Below are positions 37,523 to 47,282 of a stretch of 64,000 nt of DNA, in pieces. A program made the position numbers and the translations under genes. Source of the DNA: a virus (taxonomy: Duplodnaviria; Heunggongvirae; Uroviricota; Caudoviricetes); IMG/VR virus record IMGVR_UViG_3300010369_000001. One strand, given 5' to 3'. A model generated the notes under the pieces. It did no database searches. It had not been told where the DNA came from and was given only the letters and a program-made list of their open reading frames with translations. Every line of letters begins with the position of its first letter. The first letter of the stretch is position 1.

Positions 37523-38344
37523 TTAAATAACTCCGTGAGCTGACAAAATAGCTGACTTATGGACAATAGTTGAGCTGCGTATTGCCTGCTCAATCATCTC
37601 TATATAGCCTTCATTTCTTGTAATTCGGTCGTTTAATAAAGCCACTAACCGCCTACTAATAGTTCCTCGCTTTATTAGTGATTTATAATAATTAATCTTA
37701 TCTGTGCAGGCCACTAACAAAGCTGGGAGAATAATCTCATAGTAAACGTTATAGGTGTAGCTCTCAATGGCCGTCGGCACCGTTACGGAAGCGGGTAATT
37801 GCTTTTTTAAAATATTTAAAAAATTAATGTGATAGGAATTTGCATTGAAAACTTTAAGTATTTCCCTACTTTTCTTATCAAAATGCTCTTTAATGTCTTT
37901 ACATTTTGCCATATCCTTGCAATGATGGTTTTTATAAATAGAAGGTACAAATGCTTTATAGGCTATGGAATTGATGATCGTATGCGCCTGTAAGGTTTCC
38001 ACATCTTCTCCTGCCACAAATTCTGAAAGCAATCTACAAGAAGTTAAACCATCACTAATAGCTGACTGCACTTCAGCATCAATGTCCCTGCCTTTATTGC
38101 ACAGCTCCATTAATACAAAATTATCCTCTTTATTCCAGAGCTGATCTATAGCCAACCAAACCAACGTTATTATTGTTCCAGCTAGCAGACAATAAACAAC
38201 CGTAGACTGATTATCAATTTTGCCAATAGAGTCGATTATTAAAGATACGCCAAATAAAATCGCAATTGGCGAAGTCTTAGCTAGCACATTGCCCCACTGG
38301 GCAAGAGCCGCTAGATTACTTGATGCGTTAATTAGTTGGGTCAA
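37523..38344 (-). CDS. Membrane protein (2 N-terminal TMs + soluble domain), possibly holin-related
   Basis: IAILFGVSLII and VVYCLLAGTIITLVWLAI; follows tail genes. Confidence 0.5.
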   Translation of the reverse strand: MTQLINASSNLAALAQWGNVLAKTSPIAILFGVSLIIDSIGKIDNQSTVVYCLLAGTIITLVWLAIDQLWNKEDNFVLMELCNKGRDIDAEVQSAISDGLTSCRLLSEFVAGEDVETLQAHTIINSIAYKAFVPSIYKNHHCKDMAKCKDIKEHFDKKSREILKVFNANSYHINFLNILKKQLPASVTVPTAIESYTYNVYYEIILPALLVACTDKINYYKSLIKRGTISRRLVALLNDRITRNEGYIEMIEQAIRSSTIVHKSAILSAHGVI

Positions 38345-40187
38345 GGTATGCCTCCATTTTGATAATGCTTAATGGCGGGGCATCTCCGGCATCTTTATGC
38401 CAGCTAAACCAAAGCATTGCGCCTCGTGGTACTTCGATAGGTTCAGAACATGCAGTGAAATACACGGGTGACTCTGTCACAGAGTGGCTAAAATCAAACT
38501 GTAAATCTTGTGCGTCCCCGTGTGGATTACACAATGACGGGATTGTCATCGGTAAAGGTCGCGGAACATCATCACACTCAAGGGCCGGGATAACGATGAA
38601 ACGGCCGGTAAACATTCCAGCGTTAATATTTCCCGCCGCCCCTACTACCAATGTAAGCTTAATTCTAACCGTTCGAGCAGTAGCGTCTTCGCCATCATAA
38701 AGCGGGATATAAACACTGCCAGAAAACCCAGATTTTTGCCCTGGAAAAAAAGCTAGTGCCACCATGCCTCCTATAAAAGCATCTCTCATTTGGTCAAGAT
38801 GAACTGATTGGACTGGAAGCGGAATATTACTCCACGCATCGCCAGCTACAATCTTGATCCGTCCGGAAGGTCGCTTAAACTCATCGTGCGTAAAGACATT
38901 ATCAACGGAAATAACCTGACTAAAAATAGAGTCCATTTCTACCGACTCTACAACTGGCCCCCAAAAAAAACCATTCTTATCAGTAATCTGATTAAAATCG
39001 TCCGCCGTTGGTCTCGCGGTCATACTTTCCCAGCCAGGCCCAATATATTTCAAAACCCTCGGCCCAAGGAAAACTTCCGATAGTGTTTTGTTGTCTAGCT
39101 CAAGGTCAACATTTAAGTCGCCTCGTATAGCTGGTGCGCCTGTCCTAGTGCAAGTGATACTCAGCCCGGACGCTGGAGTAGTTTGAAGCGACGTTACAAC
39201 TGCATCATCCGTGTTATAGGTAATGCTAGTATAATACGCCAACATCTCTTCATGCGTATCTGGTTCTGTAGTCTGCCAAACTGGCCAGTTAGGGTCGGAG
39301 GTATTCCAGCTACCCGGATTCCATGGTAATTTATCTGTATCCATCCACCAAATGCCCGTCTCATTAACTATATATAGATAATCATAAATTTCTGCAATAG
39401 CTGGTGCGGGGCCATTTTGCGCCGTATACTGGCTCCAAAATATCTTAAAAGATTCCGGCGCAACTAATGGAAATAATTCTCGTAAACTGTCAGAGGCGTT
39501 GATGTTATAACCAAACACTGCGCCAGCTGGGATACGAAAATTAGATGAAGCAAAGGCCGCACTATTAGCTGGCAACCAGCCCTCACTATCCAGGCCATTA
39601 TTAAGCGACGGCCGGGCTTTCATTAAAAGACGATGATGCCGATGCCCAGATAAAATACGGTCAAGACTAATATTAACAGCAATAGTTGCTTTATTTGGCC
39701 CAACACTAACTACAAAAGCTACCGGAATACTTACAGTCGGCGCTTTAGCTGTTACGCGGCCTTCAATATTACTTAAATAGCGCACGCCTAACGATAAATA
39801 ATCATAATGCGCATCTTGATTGCCACTCTCGGTAAAATCTAGCTCGACAATACCGCTTAAACAAATATCAGCAATATTAGCTGTATGTTTCTTAACAATA
39901 ATGCCTAGTACATAACAAGAATTCTCAGCAATCACCTGGTCACCTTCTACACGGGTACTTACACGTGCCGGTGAAAACGCACCAGTATCTTTATTTAAGT
40001 AGACCGGCGCACCTACATGCGTATCAACATCCACAGGTTGGTTGTAGTGAATAATATTCGAGGTATCAAGATATGAGCTGATTTTCATATCCAACCTAGA
40101 CATCCACTGAATCAAGTCCTGTACCGGACGATTAGCGACCTCGGGCGTGAGCGGTTCGCCAGACTCTATAAGGCGTACTTTTGACAT
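38328..40187 (-). CDS. Putative baseplate/tail-fibre-attachment structural protein
   Basis: IESGEPLTPEVANRPVQDL N-terminus typical of fibre/baseplate proteins; VGAPVY...VLGIIV..ADICLSGIV decoration-like domain. Confidence 0.55.
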   Translation of the reverse strand: MSKVRLIESGEPLTPEVANRPVQDLIQWMSRLDMKISSYLDTSNIIHYNQPVDVDTHVGAPVYLNKDTGAFSPARVSTRVEGDQVIAENSCYVLGIIVKKHTANIADICLSGIVELDFTESGNQDAHYDYLSLGVRYLSNIEGRVTAKAPTVSIPVAFVVSVGPNKATIAVNISLDRILSGHRHHRLLMKARPSLNNGLDSEGWLPANSAAFASSNFRIPAGAVFGYNINASDSLRELFPLVAPESFKIFWSQYTAQNGPAPAIAEIYDYLYIVNETGIWWMDTDKLPWNPGSWNTSDPNWPVWQTTEPDTHEEMLAYYTSITYNTDDAVVTSLQTTPASGLSITCTRTGAPAIRGDLNVDLELDNKTLSEVFLGPRVLKYIGPGWESMTARPTADDFNQITDKNGFFWGPVVESVEMDSIFSQVISVDNVFTHDEFKRPSGRIKIVAGDAWSNIPLPVQSVHLDQMRDAFIGGMVALAFFPGQKSGFSGSVYIPLYDGEDATARTVRIKLTLVVGAAGNINAGMFTGRFIVIPALECDDVPRPLPMTIPSLCNPHGDAQDLQFDFSHSVTESPVYFTACSEPIEVPRGAMLWFSWHKDAGDAPPLSIIKMEAYLDPTN

Positions 40188-40190
40188 AAT

Positions 40191-40676
40191 TTAGAAACTG
40201 AAACCACCAATACTGTTTTGAATTCTCTCAACTGCCGTTTGTGCTTCCTTCGTAGCACACATTGGCGGCACATAATTAAACGGATAATAAGCTGGTGCTT
40301 TGATATTTACCGCACCGGCCTCAGCTACTGGCCTGTCTTTACGAGGTACGCGCTGACGTTTAGGTTTAGCTGGCGGCTCTTCATTAATAGGCTCTAATGG
40401 TGGCTCATCTTTAAACGTCTCATCAATTAGCTCGCCCATTGCTTCAGCCGTTTGTGCCGCATTAGCTTCCACCTGAGCAGGATCAATATCTTGCTCTTCA
40501 TCCTCGGGATCTGACGCCAAAGCCTCAGCTACAGTCTCTTCTACTTCTTCCTGAGTTTGTGCCTGCTCCGCGGGATCTAGAAGTGGATCAGCTGCATTTT
40601 CAATCTCAGCTGACGAATCGACCAGTTGCTCTACGTCTGTACTTAATTCTCTTGCTTTTCTACCTGCTTTTGCCAT
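40191..40676 (-). CDS. Acidic disordered hypothetical protein
   Basis: Glu/Asp/Ala-rich with a basic patch KPKRQRVPRK. Confidence 0.6.
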   Translation of the reverse strand: MAKAGRKARELSTDVEQLVDSSAEIENAADPLLDPAEQAQTQEEVEETVAEALASDPEDEEQDIDPAQVEANAAQTAEAMGELIDETFKDEPPLEPINEEPPAKPKRQRVPRKDRPVAEAGAVNIKAPAYYPFNYVPPMCATKEAQTAVERIQNSIGGFSF

Positions 40677-40682
40677 TTTATG

Positions 40683-41180
40683 TTAATTGGTTAAGTTTAA
40701 TCGGAAAGTTATCGCTGTCTGGGCAACCTGTGAAAAAGGCATCTGATTTTCTCTGACAAAGTAGCCTCTTGCCCAAACAATATCTCTTGTTATATCATCT
40801 ATCGCTGTTCCGTGTGTCGGCGAGCTAACTAAAGCAATACCATAAATTATTGCGCCAGCTGTCGATTTGCCACCGACTCCAGTATTGCCTACACAAATGC
40901 CATTAAAAAATAATGTAATATCGTTTGGATTATCTGGATTTATTTTAGGCGTAACCGAAGCTACAGGAATGCGTAAGAAATCTTGATTTCCAGCTTGGTT
41001 TGCTCGCAAATTCAAATAATAATCATCATCCGCTGGGTTAGCTACAGGAGGATTAATTGGACTTGAGGTTCCCGCCTGGAACTCTAAATATAAAACATTC
41101 GGCGAAGAATTTCTATCACCGGATAAAAGTCTTGCTAATATCCGGTTAGCTGAATTTGATACAACCACTGAATTCGACAT
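40683..41180 (-). CDS. Putative baseplate/tail structural protein
   Basis: Beta-rich, between baseplate-like genes; TATAAT-N7-ATG. Confidence 0.5.
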   Translation of the reverse strand: MSNSVVVSNSANRILARLLSGDRNSSPNVLYLEFQAGTSSPINPPVANPADDDYYLNLRANQAGNQDFLRIPVASVTPKINPDNPNDITLFFNGICVGNTGVGGKSTAGAIIYGIALVSSPTHGTAIDDITRDIVWARGYFVRENQMPFSQVAQTAITFRLNLTN

Positions 41181-41205
41181 AGTATTTATTATAACGGGTT
41201 AGCTA

Positions 41206-42678
41206 TTATTCTCGTGTAACAGGGCACCAACCCTTACGATTGAAACGCCCCAAATGAATTGTCATTGATTTAAGCTTATCTCTTACTCGATAACCTGTTT
41301 CCAGAATACCTAAGCCCCTCAACGCAATATCGTCATTACTTTCCCCTAAGATAGTAATTTCATCAGGTAACTCCAGACATTGCTGAATTAATAATGCCGA
41401 CCAGGGTGGCGTCAATCTACGAATAGGTAAATGATCTAAATTTAGATCAGTAGGGTATTTAACATAATCTAGCTTTAAAAGCGTAAAGTGGTATCTACCT
41501 ATGTGCTCTGCAAAAAAACGATATGGATTTATTTGGATCTCATTAGACTGTTTTTGACAAAGCTCAATTACTTCATTTACTGAAGTACCATGTAACTGGC
41601 AATGCTTTTCAAAATCCTGCCAAAATCTTTCGACATCAAATCTATTTCCCTCTACTGGAAATCGCTTTTGGTCTCCCACTTCATAAATATCCTTATACTC
41701 GTTAGCAAATACCAGCCCATAGAAGTATTCAACCCCTAGAAATCTTCTAGGAATTAAAATAGCTGACACCTCATCAGGCTGGGCTAACTGATTGAGATAG
41801 ATGGGCTTGAACTCAGCTGTAATAGGGTCGCCTTGCTGAAGCACGTCACCTATTTCCACCGCCACTTTATGCCCCGCAGGAATTACATAATCATTCTTAT
41901 CTGTAATAACAGACCAAAGAGCTGTTGCCACTACTGTTTCTTTTTCTTTAGCTATTACATTCCCTGTAACCTCAGAAAGAATAGTGAATATGTTGGTTGA
42001 GCTGGCGCCATCAATATAGGCGTTGAAGATGTTGTCAACCACGCTCCTATAAGCATGACTAGAGCTAGATTCAAGATTAAGTAAAACACCAAAGTGCTTA
42101 AATATCCAACGGAAGTCTTGCTCAACATGAGTTAAAAACCAAGTTCGAGGTTTACCATCTTTACACGGATCTTCAAAGAACTCGACTGAGTCCTTGAATA
42201 ATCTAAAATCTTTACCGGGAAACAGTGTAATAGTAGGATTTGTTACATCATCTACTATTGAATTAATCGAAACTACATTGCTAAGCGGCAGCTTATAATA
42301 CGTCTTGGTCGGGTTTGGCTTTCCATAGCGATGGTAGAGAGCTGTCCACTCTGTAGTAAGATTAGCTCCGCCCGGTTGAACATTATCGACAGGCCGTATA
42401 AAAGGTAGAAATGTAGCAAGGTCATTATCAAAATGCGTAAAGGCAGCTGGCGTATTATTTCTTTCAGCGGGGTCTAAATAAAAGGTGTAATAACGTTCTC
42501 TATGATAAATAGGGATCTTAGCCCTAAACGCAGATAAAGCCAGCTCGTGCCAGTTTTGCTCTACCTGCTCCTGCAGCCTGAGCGCTCCTTCAAAAAGACC
42601 GGACACAAACGGGTCGTCCTGAAAATTTTGACTCCAGTACGTCCCCAATAATCGAAATAATTGCCTTCGTGTAAGCAT
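41206..42678 (-). CDS. Putative baseplate wedge protein
   Basis: FGVLLNLESSSSHAYRSVVDNIFNAYIDGASSTNI resembles the wedge (P2 gpI/T4 gp7-like) pattern. Confidence 0.5.
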   Translation of the reverse strand: MLTRRQLFRLLGTYWSQNFQDDPFVSGLFEGALRLQEQVEQNWHELALSAFRAKIPIYHRERYYTFYLDPAERNNTPAAFTHFDNDLATFLPFIRPVDNVQPGGANLTTEWTALYHRYGKPNPTKTYYKLPLSNVVSINSIVDDVTNPTITLFPGKDFRLFKDSVEFFEDPCKDGKPRTWFLTHVEQDFRWIFKHFGVLLNLESSSSHAYRSVVDNIFNAYIDGASSTNIFTILSEVTGNVIAKEKETVVATALWSVITDKNDYVIPAGHKVAVEIGDVLQQGDPITAEFKPIYLNQLAQPDEVSAILIPRRFLGVEYFYGLVFANEYKDIYEVGDQKRFPVEGNRFDVERFWQDFEKHCQLHGTSVNEVIELCQKQSNEIQINPYRFFAEHIGRYHFTLLKLDYVKYPTDLNLDHLPIRRLTPPWSALLIQQCLELPDEITILGESNDDIALRGLGILETGYRVRDKLKSMTIHLGRFNRKGWCPVTRE

Positions 42679-43088
42679 TAATTTGTTGGTTGCGGGCAGG
42701 TGCCAGTATAAGTAAAGTAACCCGGATACCTTACTAAATGATCCACTGAAGGATTCTGCTTAATAATATTTGGCCCAATTACCCATTTATTCGGGTCGTC
42801 GCACATCGGCGTAGGGGCAGGAGGATAATCGCTCGGGCCTCTGGCTGGCACATAATCAGGCAGCGGCTGCTGCGCTGGCGGATCCCAAGGACGCCAATAT
42901 GCTGGTGCGGCTTTAGCCGGATAAAATTTCATTATCTTTGATAAGATAACTTCCTGAACAGCCTGATCTTCTTCAATTAACTGCTTGAGCGTAACTAACT
43001 TAATACTCAGCTCCGCTCCATCTAAATTGATAATAAGCGCCGGTTCGTCTCTTTTCTCGCTATTACTGCCATCAAACGCTGTAACCAT
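42678..43088 (-). CDS. Pro-rich hypothetical protein
   Basis: ORF coupled to neighbours. Confidence 0.5.
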   Translation of the reverse strand: MVTAFDGSNSEKRDEPALIINLDGAELSIKLVTLKQLIEEDQAVQEVILSKIMKFYPAKAAPAYWRPWDPPAQQPLPDYVPARGPSDYPPAPTPMCDDPNKWVIGPNIIKQNPSVDHLVRYPGYFTYTGTCPQPTN

Positions 43089-43261
43089 GTCTTTTTCTCC
43101 TCATTATTCTTTTTGTCATCAATCTTAAAAATTGTACTTTCGGTGCCACCGCAGGCGCACGGCACAATATAACTAATAATATCCTCGTTATCTTCGACAA
43201 CAGTATTATTAGTCAAGAAATTGTCACAATCTTTACACTTTATATAAAACGCCCTAGGCAT
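43022..43261 (-). CDS. Small zinc-ribbon protein
   Basis: CKDC...CACGG. Confidence 0.55.
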   Translation of the reverse strand: MPRAFYIKCKDCDNFLTNNTVVEDNEDIISYIVPCACGGTESTIFKIDDKKNNEEKKTWLQRLMAVIARKETNRRLLSI

Positions 43262-43944
43262 TATTTCACCTTTTCAAACATTTCAAGAATGCTCTCCGTC
43301 GTACCTTCCGTTAACTTGAGCTGACTTAATTGATAGCGCCAGGCAGCTAAATTTGACAATACTTCATCATTTATATCCGTTAACTTAGTGAAAAACCCTT
43401 CCATAGTATCAGGGTCAGTAGCCTGAGCATCATCAAACATTGGCTCAGGTAAAAAGTTAACTAAAACATTTGGCAGCCCTCTTACGCCCATCCATTTAAG
43501 CGTTTCTTCGATATACCCTATTATTTCCTCTGAAAAAGTCTCCTTTTCAGTTGGAGGATATAAAAGACATATTTCAAGAACAGCCCAACTTAAATCCGCC
43601 GGCTCCATTGGCTGAGCTACCGGAGTGTCCACGCCATCACCGTTAAGAGCATTACATAAAGTAATGAAAACAGGTAGCTCATTAAACACTGCATCAGAAG
43701 TGACAACTTCTCTAGCTGCCATTATCTTATCAAAAACATCCGGCTCAATTTTTACATTTAATTCTGATGCAATTTCAAGCTGAACTGTTTTTGGCTCCCA
43801 CTGAAACCACTCTGGCGGAAATAAATCGCACAATCCCAGAAAAGCTACTGAACCATAGGTAGCTGGCTGACTAAGAAGCTGGGCAAGAGCGCGCCTTGCC
43901 TGATGCGCTTTTGGATTTATAGTGCCGGTTCTATTGATTGCCAT
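43261..43944 (-). CDS. Hypothetical protein (acidic, helical)
   Basis: TATAAT-N6-ATG promoter; 227 aa. Confidence 0.65.
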   Translation of the reverse strand: MAINRTGTINPKAHQARRALAQLLSQPATYGSVAFLGLCDLFPPEWFQWEPKTVQLEIASELNVKIEPDVFDKIMAAREVVTSDAVFNELPVFITLCNALNGDGVDTPVAQPMEPADLSWAVLEICLLYPPTEKETFSEEIIGYIEETLKWMGVRGLPNVLVNFLPEPMFDDAQATDPDTMEGFFTKLTDINDEVLSNLAAWRYQLSQLKLTEGTTESILEMFEKVK

Positions 43945-43951
43945 AGCTCTA

Positions 43952-44269
43952 TTATACTACGACATACCCTTGTTTAACAATTTCCTTATATCTCCTATGG
44001 GCAGCAGCATAAGCTTCAAGATCGACATCTGGTACTTGATTTAAGTTACCGTTTCTGCCTATTTCCTTAGCTCGTTTATTTATGGCTTTTTCAAGAGCTA
44101 AAGTCTCGTTTATATCTCTAACTATGTTATCCGCCATTATTTGCCGAAGATCATATTTATAGACTTCGTGAGTTGCTTCAGCCGTAGCTGCGCTCTTGCC
44201 AACAGTACCAGCTCCTAAAGCAGCTATTAAAGTTCCAACACTCAATTTAAGAAATTCACGTCTCTTCAT
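43952..44269 (-). CDS. Twin-arginine (Tat) signal protein containing a major-capsid-like segment
   Basis: MKRREFLK + hydrophobic h-region + AEA cleavage site; YKYDLRQIMADNIVRDINETL matches MCP; TATAAT-N7-ATG. Confidence 0.75.
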   Translation of the reverse strand: MKRREFLKLSVGTLIAALGAGTVGKSAATAEATHEVYKYDLRQIMADNIVRDINETLALEKAINKRAKEIGRNGNLNQVPDVDLEAYAAAHRRYKEIVKQGYVVV

Positions 44270-44283
44270 ATTAACTATTATAT

Positions 44284-44535
44284 TTAATCCTCTATAGCGT
44301 CCAACTCGAGCCTGTCCTCCCTGTACCGACTACAACCATAACACTCAAAGACTTTATAGCCTGGCTTGCAATGAGAGTAAATTCCCAAATTTTCTGCCTT
44401 GACACACTCCATACACCAATAAATTTCACAACACTCAAAATAAATCCACTGACCAGCAGCCAGGGAATTACCACACTCACTACAAATGTCAGGTTCCGAA
44501 CTAGCCGCTGCGGCCGCCACACATACTTTACTCAT
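44284..44535 (-). CDS. Small Cys-rich zinc-finger protein
   Basis: CSEC, CC...CMEC, CYGC. Confidence 0.55.
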   Translation of the reverse strand: MSKVCVAAAAASSEPDICSECGNSLAAGQWIYFECCEIYWCMECVKAENLGIYSHCKPGYKVFECYGCSRYREDRLELDAIED

Positions 44536-44828
44536 AATTTACCCTCCACAAGCTGCTTTAGCTTAAATTCAGCTTCCTTTTTGGTCTTAGCCCACCGACA
44601 ACTACTAAATAAACAATATTTCCCTAAGCTAGCTTCATCATAGCCAGAAATATCGTCATATTTAACTAACACACATTTCTGTATCTTGTCCTCATTTAAA
44701 GACAGCTTAGTCATCTTTACTTTAACAACTTTCTTGATGGCATCTAAAACAACCCAGCCGTCAAAGAACTGCTTATCCTCTAAACCGCCCCAAAGCCAAA
44801 TTGGGTATGCATAATAATCTACTGACAT
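44532..44828 (-). CDS. Hypothetical protein
   Basis: C-terminal KTKKEAEFKL common in small phage proteins; coupled ORF. Confidence 0.55.
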   Translation of the reverse strand: MSVDYYAYPIWLWGGLEDKQFFDGWVVLDAIKKVVKVKMTKLSLNEDKIQKCVLVKYDDISGYDEASLGKYCLFSSCRWAKTKKEAEFKLKQLVEGKL

Positions 44829-45745
44829 ATTCTTTTAAGTTCTTGTTGAAGAATTTTACTACAAATACGCTCTAACGTTAAATACTTCTCACAAAATTGT
44901 TTCATTCGCCGCCGCCAAGCAAAACATTCCTCTTCAGAAATAGATGTGACAATTTTAGGTATTTCAGCTAGCTTATCGGGCGTAACCACTATAACTAAGT
45001 TTTTCCAATCAACCTCGTCTTCGTACGGAAAAATAGGTTGGTCAGTAATATAGATCGGGATTGTCCCGGCAGCTAAAGCTTCGTATATTCTATAAGTAGT
45101 TGGGCCGCAGCCTCTTGGGCACAAGGCAAAAGAAGCATTTCGCAATTCCTCTAAATAATCCGTGTACCTTAATTTCTCAGTCCATTTAACAAAGTCACAA
45201 CATTTACTGAACTCATTGCTTTTTAGTCGTACCCAATGCGGGCTCTCGCCGCCAAGACAATAAAGAATTAACGTTCGCTTAATATCGCTTAAACTGGCCA
45301 TCTGATAATGTCGCAGCTCTCTTACATGTACTAGCGGTATTATACTATGTTCTGGCGTATGATCTACATCACAACTGTTATAGCCGCCGCCGCAGTAAAG
45401 AAAGAAATTTTTTGGATGCTTAATAAACGGCGATTGATCCATATTCCTTGTTACAGCCGAGCTAAAGTAATTAAAAGCATCACTGCAGCTGTCAAAAATT
45501 TCTTGCAATTGCTCAAAATAAATTTTACTAATTGCGGAAGTATGGTGGCGCAGCTCCCAGGCCTGAGACCATTGAATAGGTAAATAAACTGACTTTAACT
45601 CAGCTCCTTCCTTGATGCGCTGAATAATATGCGCTGTATAGTCCATAGGGAAAATACCTGGACGAATATTTATACGATTAAATTCATCCAGCCTCTCTTT
45701 ACACAACTCAAAAATACGTTCTTGTTCTTTTTGTATTTCAGTCAT
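44819..45745 (-). CDS. Exostosin-family glycosyltransferase (GT47-like)
   Basis: FALCPRGCGPTTYRIYEALAAGTIPIYI, PYEDEVDW. Confidence 0.9.
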   Translation of the reverse strand: MTEIQKEQERIFELCKERLDEFNRINIRPGIFPMDYTAHIIQRIKEGAELKSVYLPIQWSQAWELRHHTSAISKIYFEQLQEIFDSCSDAFNYFSSAVTRNMDQSPFIKHPKNFFLYCGGGYNSCDVDHTPEHSIIPLVHVRELRHYQMASLSDIKRTLILYCLGGESPHWVRLKSNEFSKCCDFVKWTEKLRYTDYLEELRNASFALCPRGCGPTTYRIYEALAAGTIPIYITDQPIFPYEDEVDWKNLVIVVTPDKLAEIPKIVTSISEEECFAWRRRMKQFCEKYLTLERICSKILQQELKRICQ

Positions 45746-46677
45746 TAGATGTTTGGGTGCGCAGAGTAAATGATGTCGGACGCTGGAATATGCTTTAGCT
45801 GAACTTGATACACTAGCGCTACGCTACGCTGCTGACATATTGTTTTACGCCCAACTACTCGGTATCTTTCCGAAGTGGTAGCGTCAATCCACACATCATT
45901 CTGATTGGGCGAGTATAACGAAGTAATTCTACCTTGAATCGGATTGTCATCAATCGGGCCTCGAAAATCATCTAGCTTATCGCTATTGGCATCTATTGCT
46001 GTAATTTCCATCCCACACTCAATGGGATTAAAATAACCACCAATAAAGCTAGTTCCAAGACAAATTGGACACTGATCCCTTTTATTAATGTCTGTTAGTA
46101 AATCATTACACACATTGCATTTTACCCCTAACCATTTACGTTTCAAAAGAAATCCAGGCGATTTATGATATAGCTGCCTATTTTCAGCTCGAATAATTCT
46201 AAGCGCAGTCCTATACTCCGTAAAAGATAATTTAGAGAATAATGTAGTTGGTTGCGATTCATAAGTTTTAAGCGGCCCTTTTAAAACCAACTTATAAGCC
46301 CCGCCCATACGCTGCCCATGATGCCGTTTCACTGTGTCAGCAAGCTTAAACTGAATATCTCCTTCATAAACTAACAGCCATGAATCTTCAGCTAAATCAA
46401 ATTTACTATAGAATAATTGAAGTACTGTATTTGGATGCAATGCTTCCGTAAAATTTCTATTTTGCTGCCAAGTTATAATAGTTGATCCTTCAACTGATGG
46501 CCACACATCAAGCTTGTAGAACGGCGTAAAAGCCACTCTCTCTATCTGAATCGCCGGATCCCTGACCTGTTGATCTATTGGATGTAATTCAAGAGGTTTT
46601 GGCGTTTCAGCTATAATGCGCTCCGGTTTTGTATACGGCGAGCTAGCTCGGAAGTGTTCAAGTGTTCTGACGGGCAT
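45745..46677 (-). CDS. Putative neck/head-closure protein
   Basis: KCNVC...CPICLGTSFIGGYF, DVWID....RYRV pattern; TGnTATAAT-N6-ATG. Confidence 0.5.
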   Translation of the reverse strand: MPVRTLEHFRASSPYTKPERIIAETPKPLELHPIDQQVRDPAIQIERVAFTPFYKLDVWPSVEGSTIITWQQNRNFTEALHPNTVLQLFYSKFDLAEDSWLLVYEGDIQFKLADTVKRHHGQRMGGAYKLVLKGPLKTYESQPTTLFSKLSFTEYRTALRIIRAENRQLYHKSPGFLLKRKWLGVKCNVCNDLLTDINKRDQCPICLGTSFIGGYFNPIECGMEITAIDANSDKLDDFRGPIDDNPIQGRITSLYSPNQNDVWIDATTSERYRVVGRKTICQQRSVALVYQVQLKHIPASDIIYSAHPNI

Positions 46678-46698
46678 AATTAAATTATAACATTAGCT

Positions 46699-46728
46699 AA
46701 AAAAAAGGAGCTATAAGCTAGCTCCCTT
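46699..46728 (-). terminator. Intrinsic terminator of 46735..47130
   Basis: GGAGCTA-gctta-TAGCTCC plus T8 on the minus strand. Confidence 0.8.
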
Positions 46729-46734
46729 CTAGCG

Positions 46735-47130
46735 CTACACTCCTGGCGAATCCTCAATCATTTTTGAGATCCAATACCATTGACTGGTACGTAGATCCGA
46801 GGGCACCGGATAAGTAACTAGTGGGTTACTCCCGTCTATGTGGCGAAGAATGTTTTTATCCGCGTCAAATTCAACGCGGATTAGCGTTGAATTGTGAGTA
46901 AGCCCGAACCAGTAAGAGCCACTGACCAGCGGCTTTCCCCCGAGCACAATTAATGAAAAATTTTCTTTCTCACTGCTCTCGCGCGAGAAAGTAATTTCTT
47001 CAGCTCCACAATTTTCTGATAGCGGGTCATATGCGGCCGCTAAGGTCTCAGCTAAGCGCGTGTCTTGTGCCGAAATGATCTCGGCTCCCTCAAGATCTGC
47101 TGCGTAGCCGAAATTGCTTGTATCAGTCAT
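46735..47130 (-). CDS. Hypothetical protein (inserted cassette)
   Basis: SD GGAAAGGAA; bounded by terminators on both sides. Confidence 0.7.
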   Translation of the reverse strand: MTDTSNFGYAADLEGAEIISAQDTRLAETLAAAYDPLSENCGAEEITFSRESSEKENFSLIVLGGKPLVSGSYWFGLTHNSTLIRVEFDADKNILRHIDGSNPLVTYPVPSDLRTSQWYWISKMIEDSPGV

Positions 47131-47209
47131 TTAGAATTCCTTTCCTTTAAGGTCACGGCGAAATTACCGTTCAAGATTTTTTACCTTAAAAGTCAGTTTA
47201 TTTAAGTAT

Positions 47210-47280
47210 AAAAAAAGAGCGCCGGTAAACCCCTAAACCGACGCCCCACGTTAGTGCCAGAAAGGACAAACAACACTAAC
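47210..47280 (-). terminator. Tandem hairpins ending in an intrinsic terminator
   Basis: GTTAGTG...CACTAAC, then GGGCGTCGGT...ACCGGCGCTC + T7. Confidence 0.7.
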
Positions 47281-47282
47281 TA

